A stretch of DNA of 64,000 nt from Felis catus (Eukaryota): positions 106,518,001-106,582,000 of the forward strand of contig NC_058368.1 of NCBI RefSeq assembly GCF_018350175.1. Reading direction: 5' to 3'. The notes beneath the pieces were generated by a model. The model had not been told where the DNA came from and ran no database searches. It saw nothing but the letters and a program-made list of their open reading frames with translations. Of the stretch, positions 1 through 12,834 are shown one piece after another; the first letter of the stretch is position 1, and every line of letters begins with the position of its first letter. A program made the position numbers and the translations under genes.

Positions 1-830
1 TATAAAGAGACATTTCCTGTTCATGTATTAGAAGACTTGCTTTTGTAAAGATGTCCATTTTCTTTTAGCTTAGGTATAGATTCAGTGATGCTCAACCAAG
101 ATAGCAGTTGCCCTTTGTTATAGTTCAAAGCTGATTCTAGAATTGATATCAAATGTGAATAATAAAAAGATTTGGCAGTTGGGGAAGGAGTAAAAAAGAA
201 GAAATAACTGCATTGAAGCTGGAGGCCTTTAAGTCAAGAATTATTACATGGATGTAATAGTTAAACCAGCTAACTGTTCTCAGAAGAGAAAACAGACAAA
301 TGGAATCAGTTGGAGAGTCCATAAACAAACCCAATATTTGCAGTTACTTAACTTGTGACAAAATTTACACTATCGCCCATTGGAGACAGGGTGGTGTTTC
401 AATAAACAGTCGTGAATCAATTGGATATCTGTATTTAAAAAAATGGGAAAAACCCTTATTTCATTTCACCCACCTCCTGTTTATCAGTTTACCTGAAAAT
501 TAACTCCAGATATGTAGATTGAAATGGGAAAGATACAATCCAAAGCAGTCTGGACGAAAACAAAGGTTTTCTTTGACATTGAGAGTAAGGAGATATTTTT
601 GAAACATATGGAAAAGAATGAACTCTAAAGGAAAAGAGAAACTTACTATATTGTGCTACATTAAAATGAATACTGTTCACTAAGTTACACAATTAGGGTG
701 AAATGGCAGACTAGTCAGTAGGAAAATTTATCTGCATTACATGTGACAACAGAGTATTTTTGTGTAAAAGAAACAAGGAGCTTTTCTAAATCAGTAAGAA
801 AATGAAGTTACTAGAAAACTGGGCAGGTCT
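1..830 (+). mobile_element. Old degraded L1 (L1M-type) ORF2 3' region fragment
   Basis: CCTGTTCATGTATTAGAAGACT...GTAAAGATGTCCATT...TATAGATTCA and later motifs resemble the L1 ORF2 segment encoding PCSWIGRLNIVKM; heavily decayed. Confidence 0.7.
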
Positions 831-3050
831 GAAATACATACTTCCTCTTAGCTGACCACCTTGTTTCCAACTTGGCACTATTGTCCTTTCTTTTCTCAGA
901 CCATCTAGCCAAACCCTTTTCCTCTGCTTTGGAATGCACAGATACTCTTCTCTCAAGTTTCTTCTCTCTTTCCATGTAAACCGAGAGACAACAGGCACCT
1001 AAGTTCTGCCCACATATACATGGTCTTTGAGCACCACCGTTGAGTGGGCTGTAAGGTAGCGGCAGTCTGTGTTCATCAGCACCAACAGAGAGAGTTGATG
1101 TGTCCTTGAATCAGCCTGGTGTTTTCTCTTTCTCTGTTCAACTGGTCATTAGGAACCTCCTCGTGCCCACTGCTATGAGATCATTGGTACAAAAGAGGTA
1201 GATGACATGGGGGAGGGAGGTCTGAGATAACTCTTCCTATAATTTACTTATGTCCTCAGGACATTCTAGGACCTCATCCCAAATGTACCACTCCCGTCAT
1301 ACAATGGATGGCTGCTGTGCCCACCTAAGATGATAAACTTGGTAGATTGGATAGCATATAGCTCACAATAGGTGGCTGTGGTGTCTAGGCCTTTGGTATC
1401 TCAGGATCAGACTCTCATTCCCTACCAGAGTCCCGTAGCATGCCAGAAATGGTTTTCTAAAGGGAGAGCCATGTCTGTGCACAAGTCCTATCGTGGCATG
1501 CCAGAGACTCGGTATTACATTTTATGTATCCCAGGTATGTCTAGCCCCATGGCAATTGCTGGGTCATGTGGCCCAAGCCACCTCCCATTTGATTCCGCAG
1601 AGCCTGTTGTTGCTCTCCTCTTCTCTTAAATCTTGAAATAAAAATAGATGGGAGTAGTTTTCTCAAGTAGTATACACTGCCTCCAAAACCTGAAGCAGAC
1701 TGCCAAGCTCTGTGCCTCTTAGTGATACACAGTGTGAAGTGCTGTTGACCTTGTTGGGGATGTCACAATATAACCAAGAACTTGAACTTAGTGGGTCTGC
1801 AGCTGTCTCTGTTTTACCCAGAATGCTGTATTGTTGTGATTAACTGTCTCAGTCAGAGGTGACTGCTTCTGAGGCCTCCACCTGGAATATCGTACTATAA
1901 TAGCTCTCATTCTGCGGGGCAAAGAGCCTATGTGTGGATTCTGCCAGCTCCCGAATATGTCCGTTGTGATTAGGTATTCACAAAATGACCACCAGGTGAC
2001 TTTTTGGAACCCCTGGCCTCACTATGAGATGAACCTGGGCCAGGATATTTTTACCTGGCCTCCATATGTCCTTAAGTAATAGGGGAGCTATAACAGTGTT
2101 TGGGGCCCTTTAGTCAATAGTAGATGAGATCCCATATGCAAAAGCTTTGAAAATATCTGGACACATTTCCAACGTTCCTTATTTGGTAACTAGCCACAGA
2201 TCCCCTTTTATAACTGCTCATATTTTCTTTAGTATTCCAGAGTCCATTCACATGCTTCTAATTCTCTCCTTCAGTCTGTGGGCACTGGCTGTGAGAACTT
2301 CCTTGGGACTGGAAACTGAGCAAGCAAGGGATTGTGATTCTTTCTTCTAGGAGAATAAGTCTATATTAACCAACAACCTTCTTGGTTCCCATCTGTGTTG
2401 CCCCTATGTTTATTAGTTATGAATATCTCTGGGTCACAGTCCCTTAGTTAGCAATCTGGCCTTGCCGCCAGCTACGATAATTCCATCATGCGTTAATCTT
2501 ATGGTTAAGTACTGCTGTGTGGCCTCATTTATTTCAGAATCTTCTCATCTTAATTGTCAAAGATCCTATTTCTGTGACACCATCCCCACCACTGATCTCG
2601 TCCAGCAGAGGACCATTATGGAGCCATTATGGAAGTCAATGATGCTTTGACTCTTGGCTAGCACATTTCTTTATGGCATGTTGCGTAGTCTTCCTAGTGA
2701 ACAGTCATTTTATGTGTTCTTGAGTCTTACATAATACATCTGTTTCAATACGCTACACCTGTGAGTCTTTTGTTCCCTTTGCTGTCATTGCCAAGGCAGT
2801 TCTAGCACCTTTACCTCATCAGGAGCCCCTTTAACAGTTGTTGCAAGTGCATGGTTTCTAAGTCATGGGGGCATATCCCCAGTCAGCAAACTCTGCCTTA
2901 TTCAACTATGTATTGTACCCTGCTTTAGTGCATGCAAGTCCTATTCTGAGGCACGTTCTTTATGACCTATTTGTCAGGTCCTGCAGGTCCTTATGGGAAT
3001 AATACCTTTATCTTTTGTAGGGTCAGTACTCTCCATGTTGGCCTATGCTG
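830..3050 (-). mobile_element. ERV-L family endogenous retrovirus internal region (decayed gag-pro-pol remnant)
   Basis: Minus-strand translations resemble recalled HERV-L peptides in colinear order: DIFGSWQNPHIGSLPRRMRAII (~1960-1895), EAQSLAVCFRFWRQ (~1718-1677), SPFRKPFLACYGTLV (~1467-1423), AQQPSIV*REWYIWD (~1320-1276), WAEL..VVSRFTWKE (~1012-965); gag-like RGHTAVLNH at ~2525; many stops and frameshifts. Confidence 0.85.
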
Positions 3051-4461
3051 AGGTTTTCATCTTAGTTTTTAGTGTATCAGCTAGAGGGAGAGGTGGGTTG
3101 GATTTTGAGAAGGGCAAGTATTTTCTTGCAGGACATATGCCTCAATTGAGGCTTATGCATGCGTTCTAGATGGGGTTTGTGTGTGTATGTGTGTGTGTGT
3201 ATACGCACATGCGTGCACATGCTAGTATGTAGGAGGGAAGCTGCTTTCCCCTAGGTTATTATTTTCATTTGTTAGTCCATCTTTTCTTCTTAGTTGAAAA
3301 TCTGGAGAGATAATATCTGACTGCCCCAGCCCCACTTATAGAACTCTCTAGGTCAGGTGTGATCACAAAGGCATGAACTTTGCATAAGCACTCAATAGTT
3401 GAGCAGGCAATGTGTTTGAAAGCTCGCTTCTAAAGAATTGGGTTTTGGCTTGGCTAGCCCCTTGAAACACAACTATGACAACAAGAAACACTGAGAGCAT
3501 TTCACAGTGCAGGTAAACCTAGAAACTTGTTTTATTTTAACTATTGTATTGAAATAAAAGGTACAAAGTAGGGAATGTTTGATATTTTTGTTATTTTTCC
3601 GAGCTAAAAGCACTTGGGACCTGTGTACGTTCTGGGATTTGTTTTCAGTTTTAAATCATGTCTGCTATTTCTATTCTGTGTAGTAACACTAAGAAAATGA
3701 AAAGCCAGTGACAAAGACTTTGAAGTAACTTCCAACTGGGTTTTATAATGCTTGAATGATCATAAAACAAAACTGATTTTTTAAAATGTGTTTAACATAG
3801 TAATTAGGAAAGAGAGGTCACTTTTCCCCCCTAAATCCCAAGTCTTTTTTGCATTGACCCATTACTTTTGGTTGTGACCTGCTTTTAGTGGTTTCTCAGT
3901 ACATCTGGCACCAGGAGGTAGGTTTTCAAAGTGGTAAAGAGTCTGTGAATAAGTAGCATTTTATAAGTTTTTGAGCCCTGCTTTGCTTCTGAGGATCTGA
4001 GGATCTGGGGTAGGTACCGTAGTCAAGGAGAGAAGTACTTTCTAAGTAAATAACAGGAAACCTCTCAGTACACCTAGAACCCATATGGAATAGAAATACC
4101 AGAAATCAACTTTACAGATGAATTTTAGCTTATTGATATGGTTTTACTGCATTGTTTCCTTCCTGCTGTTGTTAAGGTGGCTAGGGTATAGAGTAACCAA
4201 AAGAAATTCAAATTAGAACGCGAATTTTTCACTATTTAATTAGGCAGTCAATGTTGAATGGCTGTTTGCTCTCAAACTTCAAGACAAATGACACTTTGAT
4301 GTTTCTCAAGGTTTACGTATTATAGCTTATTCTCTATAAAAAATGAAAGCATTTCAAATCAGATTTGTTTGGTTTGTGTTTTCATTTTCTTCTCTAATCA
4401 ATGAAGGGGCTTTGTTTGTATGTTCTTATACCAGCTATCATTTTCTAAAGTCTAAATTCTT

Positions 4462-4486
4462 TTTTTAAAAAACTTGGTTTATTTAT

Positions 4487-4532
<46 letters not shown>

Positions 4533-4697
4533 CATGCAAGCCGGGGAGGAGCAGAGAAAAAGGGAGAGAAAGAATTCCAAGCAGGCTCTGAGCTATCAGT
4601 GCAGAGCCTGACTAGGGACTCCCATGAACGGTGAGATCATGACCTGAGCTAAAATCAGCAGTTGGATGCTCAACTGACTGAGGCACCCAGGTGCCCC
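4462..4697 (-). mobile_element. Can-SINE (SINEC_Fc-type) with expanded (CT)n tract
   Basis: tRNA-derived head, CT tract, A-tail; TSD AAGTCTAAATTCTT at 4448-4461 and 4698-4711. Confidence 0.95.
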
Positions 4698-4850
4698 AAG
4701 TCTAAATTCTTATTTATTATTGAGATGACATACTATCTGTATAAACTCCTCATTTTCTTACACATAGTCTACAAGAACGGTTACTTTTAACAGCAGGGCT
4801 TTATATGTAGTGTAAAACTATATATAATATATAGAAAAAGAAATAAAGAT

Positions 4851-5073
4851 GGGTGCCTGGGTGGCTCAGTTGATTGAGTATCTGACTTCGACTCAGGCCA
4901 TGGTCTCACAGTTCATGGGTTTGAGCCCTGCATTGGGCTCTTTGCTAAAGCTCAGAGCCTGAAGCCTGCTTTTTCTTCTGTGTCTCCCTCTCTATCTGCT
5001 CCTGCCCCACTTGTGCGTGCTCTCTCTCTCTCTCTCAAAAATAAATTAATGTTAAAAAAAATTAAAAAAAAAA
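4851..5073 (+). mobile_element. Can-SINE
   Basis: GGGTGCCTGGGTGGCTCAGTT head, (CT)n, AAAATAAA and poly-A; no clear TSD. Confidence 0.95.
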
Positions 5074-5324
5074 TTCTCACCTTGGGAGGTAAGAGGGAAT
5101 AAAAATTCAAATTTTGAGCTAATGGGAAATCACATTCCTAGCCTTATGCTAAGAAGGATATGTGGGAGAACACCTGGAGCTTATTTGATAGGCTTAAGGC
5201 AAGAAGATTTAATTGTAAAATTCTCAGCGTTTGTGATATACCTGAAATGGGTCCATCACAGGTGAATCAGTCTGTGGTTTAAAGAAGTAGAAATGAGTGA
5301 TTTTCTAACTATTATCTTCTGTGC

Positions 5325-5612
5325 CAATGGTTGTCAAACATTTTGGTCTCAGGACCTCTTTATACTCTTAAAAATTAACAAAGACCCCAAAGAGCTTAAG
5401 TGAGACGATTTTAGAAGACACAAGGATCCCCAAGCATATATTTGGGTACATGTCAGAGTGATGATGGCATTGAACGAAAACTAGCCCTGGAAAATTTCAC
5501 TGTACACTTAGAATGAGCTTAGCAAAGGCAAATAACAAATCAGTTATTATTTTAAAATCATTTTGACCTTCTGGACCTCCAGAGGTCCCAAGCTGTACTT
5601 TGAAAACCATGG
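5325..5612. mobile_element. hAT-Charlie non-autonomous DNA transposon fossil
   Basis: Imperfect terminal inverted repeats CAATGGTTGTCAAA ... TTTGAAAACCATGG; 5' end TTTTGGTCTCAGGACC..TTTATACTCTTAAAAATT resembles Charlie-family consensus. Confidence 0.7.
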
Positions 5613-7084
5613 CTCAATCCATTGTCTGGAAAAGTTGGTTTGAACAGAGGGAAGCAGAATTTATTAAATTTAACTAAATATACTAATTCATTATCTTCAT
5701 TGGGGAAAATGTTTTATCTCTGGCAAAACATGTTATGTTCACATTATGATAATTATGTGTGGATGTGTATTTAAAAAATAGCAACACGGCCTGTTTTGGG
5801 AAGACCAAGAAAGCATATGTTTATCTCTGAAAGGTGGAGAGTCTTGAACAGAGCAGACTTTGAGTGTCCTGAGCACAGGGTGCCATCTCCTGACTATGGT
5901 TTCCTTCTAGTGCATCCTGAGGAATTGTTACTCTGTGCTCAGGAATTCAATTTGGGGGCATGGATGAACTAGGACACTTGAGTTAGGGGAATCTAGTCCC
6001 CTGAAGGGGGACTCCTTCAGAAGGTCCTCTGAAGGAAAAGCACTGAAAATCTCTTGAAGAAAACTAGAGGTTTGCTTAGGGAAGATGAAAAACAGGATTT
6101 ACCTCTAAGGCGAGACCTTACAGAGGTAAAAACTAGGAAAAAGGAGGTTTCCCATGAGGAGTTCCCTTGGTGAAAGATTAACATTTGATTTTTTTTTTCT
6201 TGGACTCCCAAAAGATTCATCTTCAGAAGATAGTTTTAAAACTAACTCCTCCCACCCACACACATCTTTGTTAGAATACTTTCTAGATGGTTCCTTTCAG
6301 TGAACGGAAGTTTTCAGTATATAGGGAATGAAGCTAGGTGTTGTGAGAGAAAAGGCAGCATCCTCACTTTTCCTTCTCACTTAGGTGGCCATGTCAGCAG
6401 CAGCCTTGTGTGGAGGAGAACCAGCCTAGAAGTCCCTGGTGAACTCTGTGGGAGAACAGCGTGTTGAAACCACAAAGCTGGGAGGGTGGGGGGGAGGTGG
6501 AGAGCTGTTTGGTGACAAGGAAAGAAGGCACTTGAGACAAACCCTTCTCCATTTTCAAAGACACCAGCAGAGGATCACCCCTGACAGCAGGGAAGGAAAG
6601 CTGGGAGGAAGTTTCTTTCACAGTTGTTCTCCTTGAGAAGCAACTTCTTTAGGCTTGCCTGGGCATTTGCAAATTCACCCTCCTCTTTTGCCCTTTAAGG
6701 TAGATCTCTGAGGGTAGAGCTGTCCTTAACAGTACGTAAACCTAGCATGCTGGTTTTGAAGGGATTTCTCTTGGATCTGATTTTGAATTGATTGTCCTTT
6801 TTGACCCATCTGTTGATTTTCTCGATTATACATTTATTTAAATGGCAGATAAATTTGTTCAGTGTCTATGCTAATAAGAGAAATATCAGGGCTACTGATT
6901 AAAGTATTTTAAAATAGTTTATTTAAATTAATCGCTGAGGTTTTTCTCTATAGTCTTTTGTAGAAATTACCTTCTATTTCTAGTTAAAGGCAATGAGATA
7001 CAAATTAAATCTTACAATAAAAAAATCATACATAATTATCTCCTTTTTTTTTTTTTCTTATCTCCTTTTTAATAGAAGGGTATT

Positions 7085-7269
7085 GGGGCATTTGGGTGGC
7101 TCAGTCAGTTCAGTGTATGACTTAGGCTCAGGTCGTGATCTCACGGTTTGTGGGTTCGAGCCCCACTTCAGGCTCTGTGCTGACAGGTCAGAGCCTTGAG
7201 CCTGCTTGAGATTCTGTGTCTCCCTCTCTCTCTGTCTCTCAAAAATAAGTGTTAAAAAAATTAAAAAAA
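7085..7269 (+). mobile_element. Can-SINE
   Basis: Typical head and tail; TSD AATA(G/A)AAGGGTATT at 7071-7084 and 7270-7283. Confidence 0.95.
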
Positions 7270-8684
7270 AATAAAAGGGTATTGATCCTCATATTAATTT
7301 CTTTTATATTTATTAAAGGATACATATCTTTAATTTTTAAAAAAAAGTATTAAATATAAAAAATGCATTATGTATATTAAATATGTTTATATGTCCTTTT
7401 TAATTAAAAGAGAGTGTCCGATAGGTAGCACTGACTGTCAGGAAATATTATATACCACGTTTAGTGCAGCCATTCAGGTCTTCTGTCTCTCCAAAAATGT
7501 AATTACAAATCCAGCTGGCCCTTGGAGCAGGTACTATAGCCACATCTGTCTAATACATTTTGTGGCCTCTATTAATCTTTTATGCAGTATGTTTAAAAAT
7601 TCTCTGAAAATAAAGCATTCTTTACGTGTAACTAAAGTATAATTCATTTATTTTGAGATTTCAAGGGAGCATAAAATTTAACAGTTCTCTTGTATAGAGA
7701 GCTCCGATTTTAATTAAAAATACTGTTGCAGATTACTATTAGAGCTTTTTTTTTACAGCCTCACTGTGTTACTGCAGTCTTTTACTTCTACTACAATATG
7801 GCATATGAATAAGTGAAAAATATTCTCCCCCCCACCCCCCCTTTCTAGTATTGCATATCAGGAGTTAATCATAAAACAATGGGCTCTTAACATCACAGAA
7901 TACTTCAATGAGTCGGGACCATTCAGAACTTCAAATCCTTTTTGAATTGAGGTATAGCATAAATGAAAAATGCTCAAGGGTACATAGGGGGCAGTATCAT
8001 GAAACATAATGAAACCATTATAGTATGATAGTATCATATTCATCGCCCATTATTAAAATTCTTCAATTCACAGTGCTTAGTGATGACCTTCAGTACTTGC
8101 TTTATTTTCATCATACCCGTGTACAAAGCTTCTGCTGTGAGATTTTAATTAATTAAGAAAATGAAGCTAAAAATTGCTGTACTTTCCCCCAGAAAGGGAA
8201 ATATCATGAAGTCATCATAGATGTATCAAAGATGAAAAACTGTTACTTTTCACAGAATCCTCTGAAGCAGTTTAAATAACTTTTCCTCCTGTGAAAACTA
8301 AAATATCACAACAGAACGTTTAAAGTTCTTCACTGTTTTTTGAGAGAGAAGTTAAGTGGAAAGCAGAAAGGAAAAGAGAAACATTAGCAGAGCACTTAGT
8401 TCTTATATTAATACCAACGTGTTAATAGTTTATCAAGATGATATTCCTGAAGATTGGAACAAATCCTGCATTTGTTTTCCTCTTTCGGGTTTATGAAGAT
8501 GTAGGAATTATTTGCTTGTAAAAAAAAGATACCTTCTCATAGTCATCCTGTTGTAATGTATCATACTTACTTGGGAGAGTGTTCAGGTAGGTAATCTTTC
8601 TCCTTCTGCATATTCTTTCAACAGATACTGCATGCACACTTAACTAGTTGTTAAGCACTATGTAGACCCTCTTTCCTAAGCTCT

Positions 8685-9130
8685 TGTATGGTAGATTCAT
8701 TATATTAATGGTCTCAATTCTTCACCTTTCCTTGAAGTCATGCTTTGCCATGTAAATTTCCTAGTTTCTCTCAATGGAGAGGGCCAGTCCAGTTCCCCAT
8801 CCCTTGAATCTGAGTTTTCTTTTTGGCTTGCTTTAGGGAATAGTACAAGCTGAGGATGTTGTGTGTCATTTCCAAGCCTAGCCTCAAAGAGGCATTACAT
8901 GTATTCCTTTGACTTGTGCACTCCAACGTCACCACCAGAACTTGCGTGAGTTAGTTGCCTGGAGAACAAAATAGCAAAATCCAAGTCACGTCCACTCTCC
9001 CAGAGTGCACAAACCTGGATTAGCCAAGAACACGGCAATCTTTGCCTATGCAAGTGAGCCCATTTTTCCTACAGATTTTATATGGGTGAGCCTATGTTTC
9101 TGTGGATTGCTGAAGTTACTTCATTTGACA
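8685..9130 (+). mobile_element. MaLR solo LTR (MLT1-type), old
   Basis: Starts TGTATGGTAGATT; internal CCCATCCCTTGAATCTGAG..GGCTTGCTTT and CCAAGCCTAGCCTCAAAGAGGC resemble MLT1F/H-like LTRs. Confidence 0.55.
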
Positions 9131-9199
9131 CATAAATACCACTGATACTGTTAACTTCCTGGAATTTTATATTAACTTTGTAGCCCTTTACTGAGCCAA

Positions 9200-12100
9200 T
9201 TTTTATCAATGTCCAATATATATATATATTCTTAAATGAGAGCCTATTCCCTATTGAATGCAGAACTCTATTTATCAAACTTTATTAAACATATTATTTA
9301 AATCTTCTTTATTTTTGGTTAATTGGGGTCTGTTTAATCTGTTGAATTCTTAGAAATTTGTATTTTCTTGATATGATTTTTATGACATTTTCTCAATATG
9401 ATTTCTGAGTTTCTTCTAGTAGACCCTGTCAGTTTTAGTTTTATATATTTCAAATCTTGGATGTTAAGTGAATAGTAATAAATTTCTTGATAGATTAAAT
9501 AATAGTTTACTGATGATCTTTTTCATGGTTTTCATTTTATAGTCCATTTTATGGTCTTAATATTTTCACTTTTTTTAGTTAAGTTTACATAAAGATTTAT
9601 TAATCTTGTTAATTATTTCAAACAATCTTTTGTAAAAAAAGTACTGGAGGATTTAAAATAAAACATAAGAAAAAAATTTTCTTATTTTGCAAAGGAAATT
9701 GTTGGTACTTCTTAAAAAGATTAATGCAAACAGACAAACTTGCTCTGAGATTACAAAAGAAATGAGGAAATATAAAATACAAAATGAAAAGGAATAGCTA
9801 CATGGATAACAGACGTTAAAAAATATTAAAGAATATTTAGAGCAACCATATAGGAATAATTGAAATCCTTTGTGAAACATTTTTTGGAGAAACATGTGAA
9901 ATGTCAAAACTTGGCACATGAAAAAGAAAAACAGACCACTCAGTAGACTGATGGTTCTTGAAAACCTTGGATGGTAATGGAAAGCATTTCCAAGGCAGCA
10001 CAAGGCAGACATATTAGAGGAAAGTTTGAGCAAATTTTAAATTTACAGATAATAATTTTAGAAGTTTTTCTGGATACAATATATCTAAATATTGCTGTGA
10101 TATTAGTACATCTTTGAGATCTAAACTCATGGATAAGAAATAAAATCATAATCCATTTCATAACGACCCTAGTAATAAAAAGCCTGCGTAAAATACAGTT
10201 CTATTTTTGGTCACTTAATATACCGTGGCTGAAGTTTTATTCCCCAAAGCTATGGATATTACAAAATAATAAATTGTGTTTTTGAGAGTTAGCTTTTTTT
10301 TCTTTTTTCTTTTTTTTTTTTTTTTTTTTAGCAGTCTTGAGTTCTCTATTTTAGGCTTAATTTACCATTTGTAAGAGTTTGGAATCTCGGGGCTCTTGAA
10401 AGCATCTGCTGATTAGGTCACTTGAATAGAAGTTGCATTTATTGGTTTTCTAATGTTGAACAATCCCTGCCTTTCCTGGAAAAAAATAATTTGGCCACCA
10501 TAGTTTCTTACTACCTTTTAGGTATCAGTGCGCTGGTGTTTTTTACAGGATTTTCCCATTTATGTTCTTTAATAAGACTTGCTTGTAATTTTATAGTCTT
10601 ATTACCTTGTCGCTTGGGTAACAAAGATCTAGTCGCTTTATTCATTCTCTGTTCTTTAATTTTATGTTCGGAGCTTATATTTGGGGATTATTTATTGCTT
10701 GCATTGATGTAGGAACTCTCCCTAAAATTATTTGGGCCCATGTTTTGTTTTGAGAGAGTGGGAAAATTGTATATATTTTTAACTGATTTCCTTAAGAATT
10801 TTTGCTTTTTTTAGTCCAGTTTTAATGAATTGTATAATTTTAAGATAAAAAAAATTTTACCCATGTTTATGATTCCATTAATTTTAAAAATACTTGTGCA
10901 ATGCAAGCTGGTTCAGCCACTCTGGAAAACAGTTTGGAGGTTCCTGAAAAAAACTAAAAATAAAACTACCCTATGACTCAGCAATTGCACTACTAGGCAT
11001 TTATCCACAGGATACAGGTGTGCTGTTTCAAAGGGACACATGCACCGACATGTTTATAGCAGCAATATTAACAATAGCCAAAGTATGGAAAGAGCCCACA
11101 TGTCCATCGATGGGTGAATGGATTAAGAAGATGTGGTGTATATATATATATATATATATACAATGGAGTATTACTTGGCAATCAAAAAGAATGACATCTT
11201 GCCATTTGCAACTACATAGATGGTACTAGAGATATTGTGCTAAGTGAAATTAGAGAAAGACAAAAATCTTATGACTTCATTCATATTAGGACTTTAAGAG
11301 ACAAAACAGATGAACATAAGGGAAGGGAAACAAAAATAATATAAAAACAGGGAGGGGGACAAAACAGAAGAGACTCATGAATATGGAGAACAAACTTGAG
11401 GGTTACGGGAGGGGTTGTGGGAGGAAGGATGGGCTAAATGGGGAAGGGGCACTAAGGAATCTACTCCTGAAATCATTGTTGCAGTATATGCTAACTAATT
11501 TGAATGTAAATTTTAAAAAGTAAAAAATAAAATAAAAAAAAACACTTGTGTATCTTTATTATATTTTATTCCCAATATGTTTTTGCTTTCTCTGTCTTGT
11601 TTATTTCTTAAGCATGCCAGAAGTTTATCTTTTAAATTAACCTTTCCAACGATTGTATTACAAAAATACTTAACAACCAGCATAGTATAGACACCAATGA
11701 GCTGAAAAAGGCACTGATGGATCTTCTTTGATATATGTGTTATTTAGAATTACAGTTAAATTTTTTTCTGATTTGTGTTATGGTCAGAGTTTAACAATTT
11801 TTGATGCTTGTAGTTATAGTACAGGGTCAGTATTTATAAATGTTGCATTTGTGCTTGGAAAAAATACTCTCACCATTTATTAGATTCGTCTATTTATGGC
11901 CTTTAGATCAAGCTTATTGATTAATGTGTGTACATGCTCTAGTAATTACAGAGTATTAAAATTCTTACTGCAATATGGCTTTTGTCCATGTTTACTTGTA
12001 TTTCAGTCAGTTTTTGCTTTCTCTATGTAAGGTTGTGCTATTAAGTATATATAATTTTGTAAATGTTTGATCTTCAAGATGGCTTGACTTGTTTTCATTA

Positions 12101-12290
12101 TGTATTAAGGCTTTTTGTATGCCACCATGCTTTTTCATTTAAAGTTGTTTTTTCAATATAGTTACACCAATCTTCATTTTGTTACTCTTTGGCTATTATC
12201 TCTTTTTCTGTTTCAGACATTCATCCTCTACTATTTTTTATGATTTAACTATGTTTACTGTGAGTATTATATAGCTAGATACAAAGATTA
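9200..12290. mobile_element. Cluster of highly decayed L1M fragments in both orientations, hosting the younger L1 at 10899
   Basis: T-rich antisense L1-like tracts and an A-rich sense ORF2-like tract at ~9650-10160. Confidence 0.5.
10899..11537 (+). mobile_element. 5'-truncated carnivore L1 (ORF2 C-terminus, 3'UTR and A-tail)
   Basis: Encodes MFIAAILTIAKVWKEPTCPSMGEWIKKMW (L1 ORF2 C-terminus); G-rich 3'UTR; TSD AAAAA(T/C)ACTTGTG at 10886-10898 and 11538-11550. Confidence 0.95.
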
Positions 12291-12653
12291 TCAAGTTAGG
12301 GGAAAATCCTTAGTTGTAGATGATCATGCTAGCACATAGTAACTGAATGTCAACTTTTTATTCCAAAAAACTTTCTTTATGGTTTTTTAATATGTAAAAG
12401 TATATCTGTTGCATTATGTTTCATTTTCTGACATGGAAAGATAAAGTTGTACATGGCATATTACTTTTTAAATAGAAAATAATTAATAGAATTGGGTTTA
12501 TAGCAGAAGCCAAGCTGGTTAACCCTTGAGGTGCTGGAAATGGCAGAAATTAATGTTAAGTTCGATAGCATGTTTGAATACTAATCTATTAAAAATGTCT
12601 TTACCATTCCCCATCCCCAGCCAGTATCTGCTCTGTCTCTCTGCTTTGCTCTA

Positions 12654-12817
12654 TTTTTTAAAAAATTTTTAAATGTTTATTTATTTTTAAGAGAAAGAAC
12701 ACAAGTGGGGCTGAGCTGTCGGCACAGAGCCTGATGTGGGGCTTGAACTCACAGAGTGTGAGATCATGACCTGAGCGAAAGTTGGATACTTAACAGACTG
12801 AGCCACCCAGGCACCCC
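12654..12817 (-). mobile_element. Can-SINE with internal deletion
   Basis: Head and tail present, most of the CT region missing; TSD TCTCTGCTTTGCT at 12638-12650 and 12818-12830. Confidence 0.9.
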
Positions 12818-12834
12818 TCTCTGCTTTGCTTCAT

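Noticed and set aside
11020..11229. ORF with a recognisable peptide
   Set aside because: It is the L1 ORF2 C-terminal remnant within a 5'-truncated L1.
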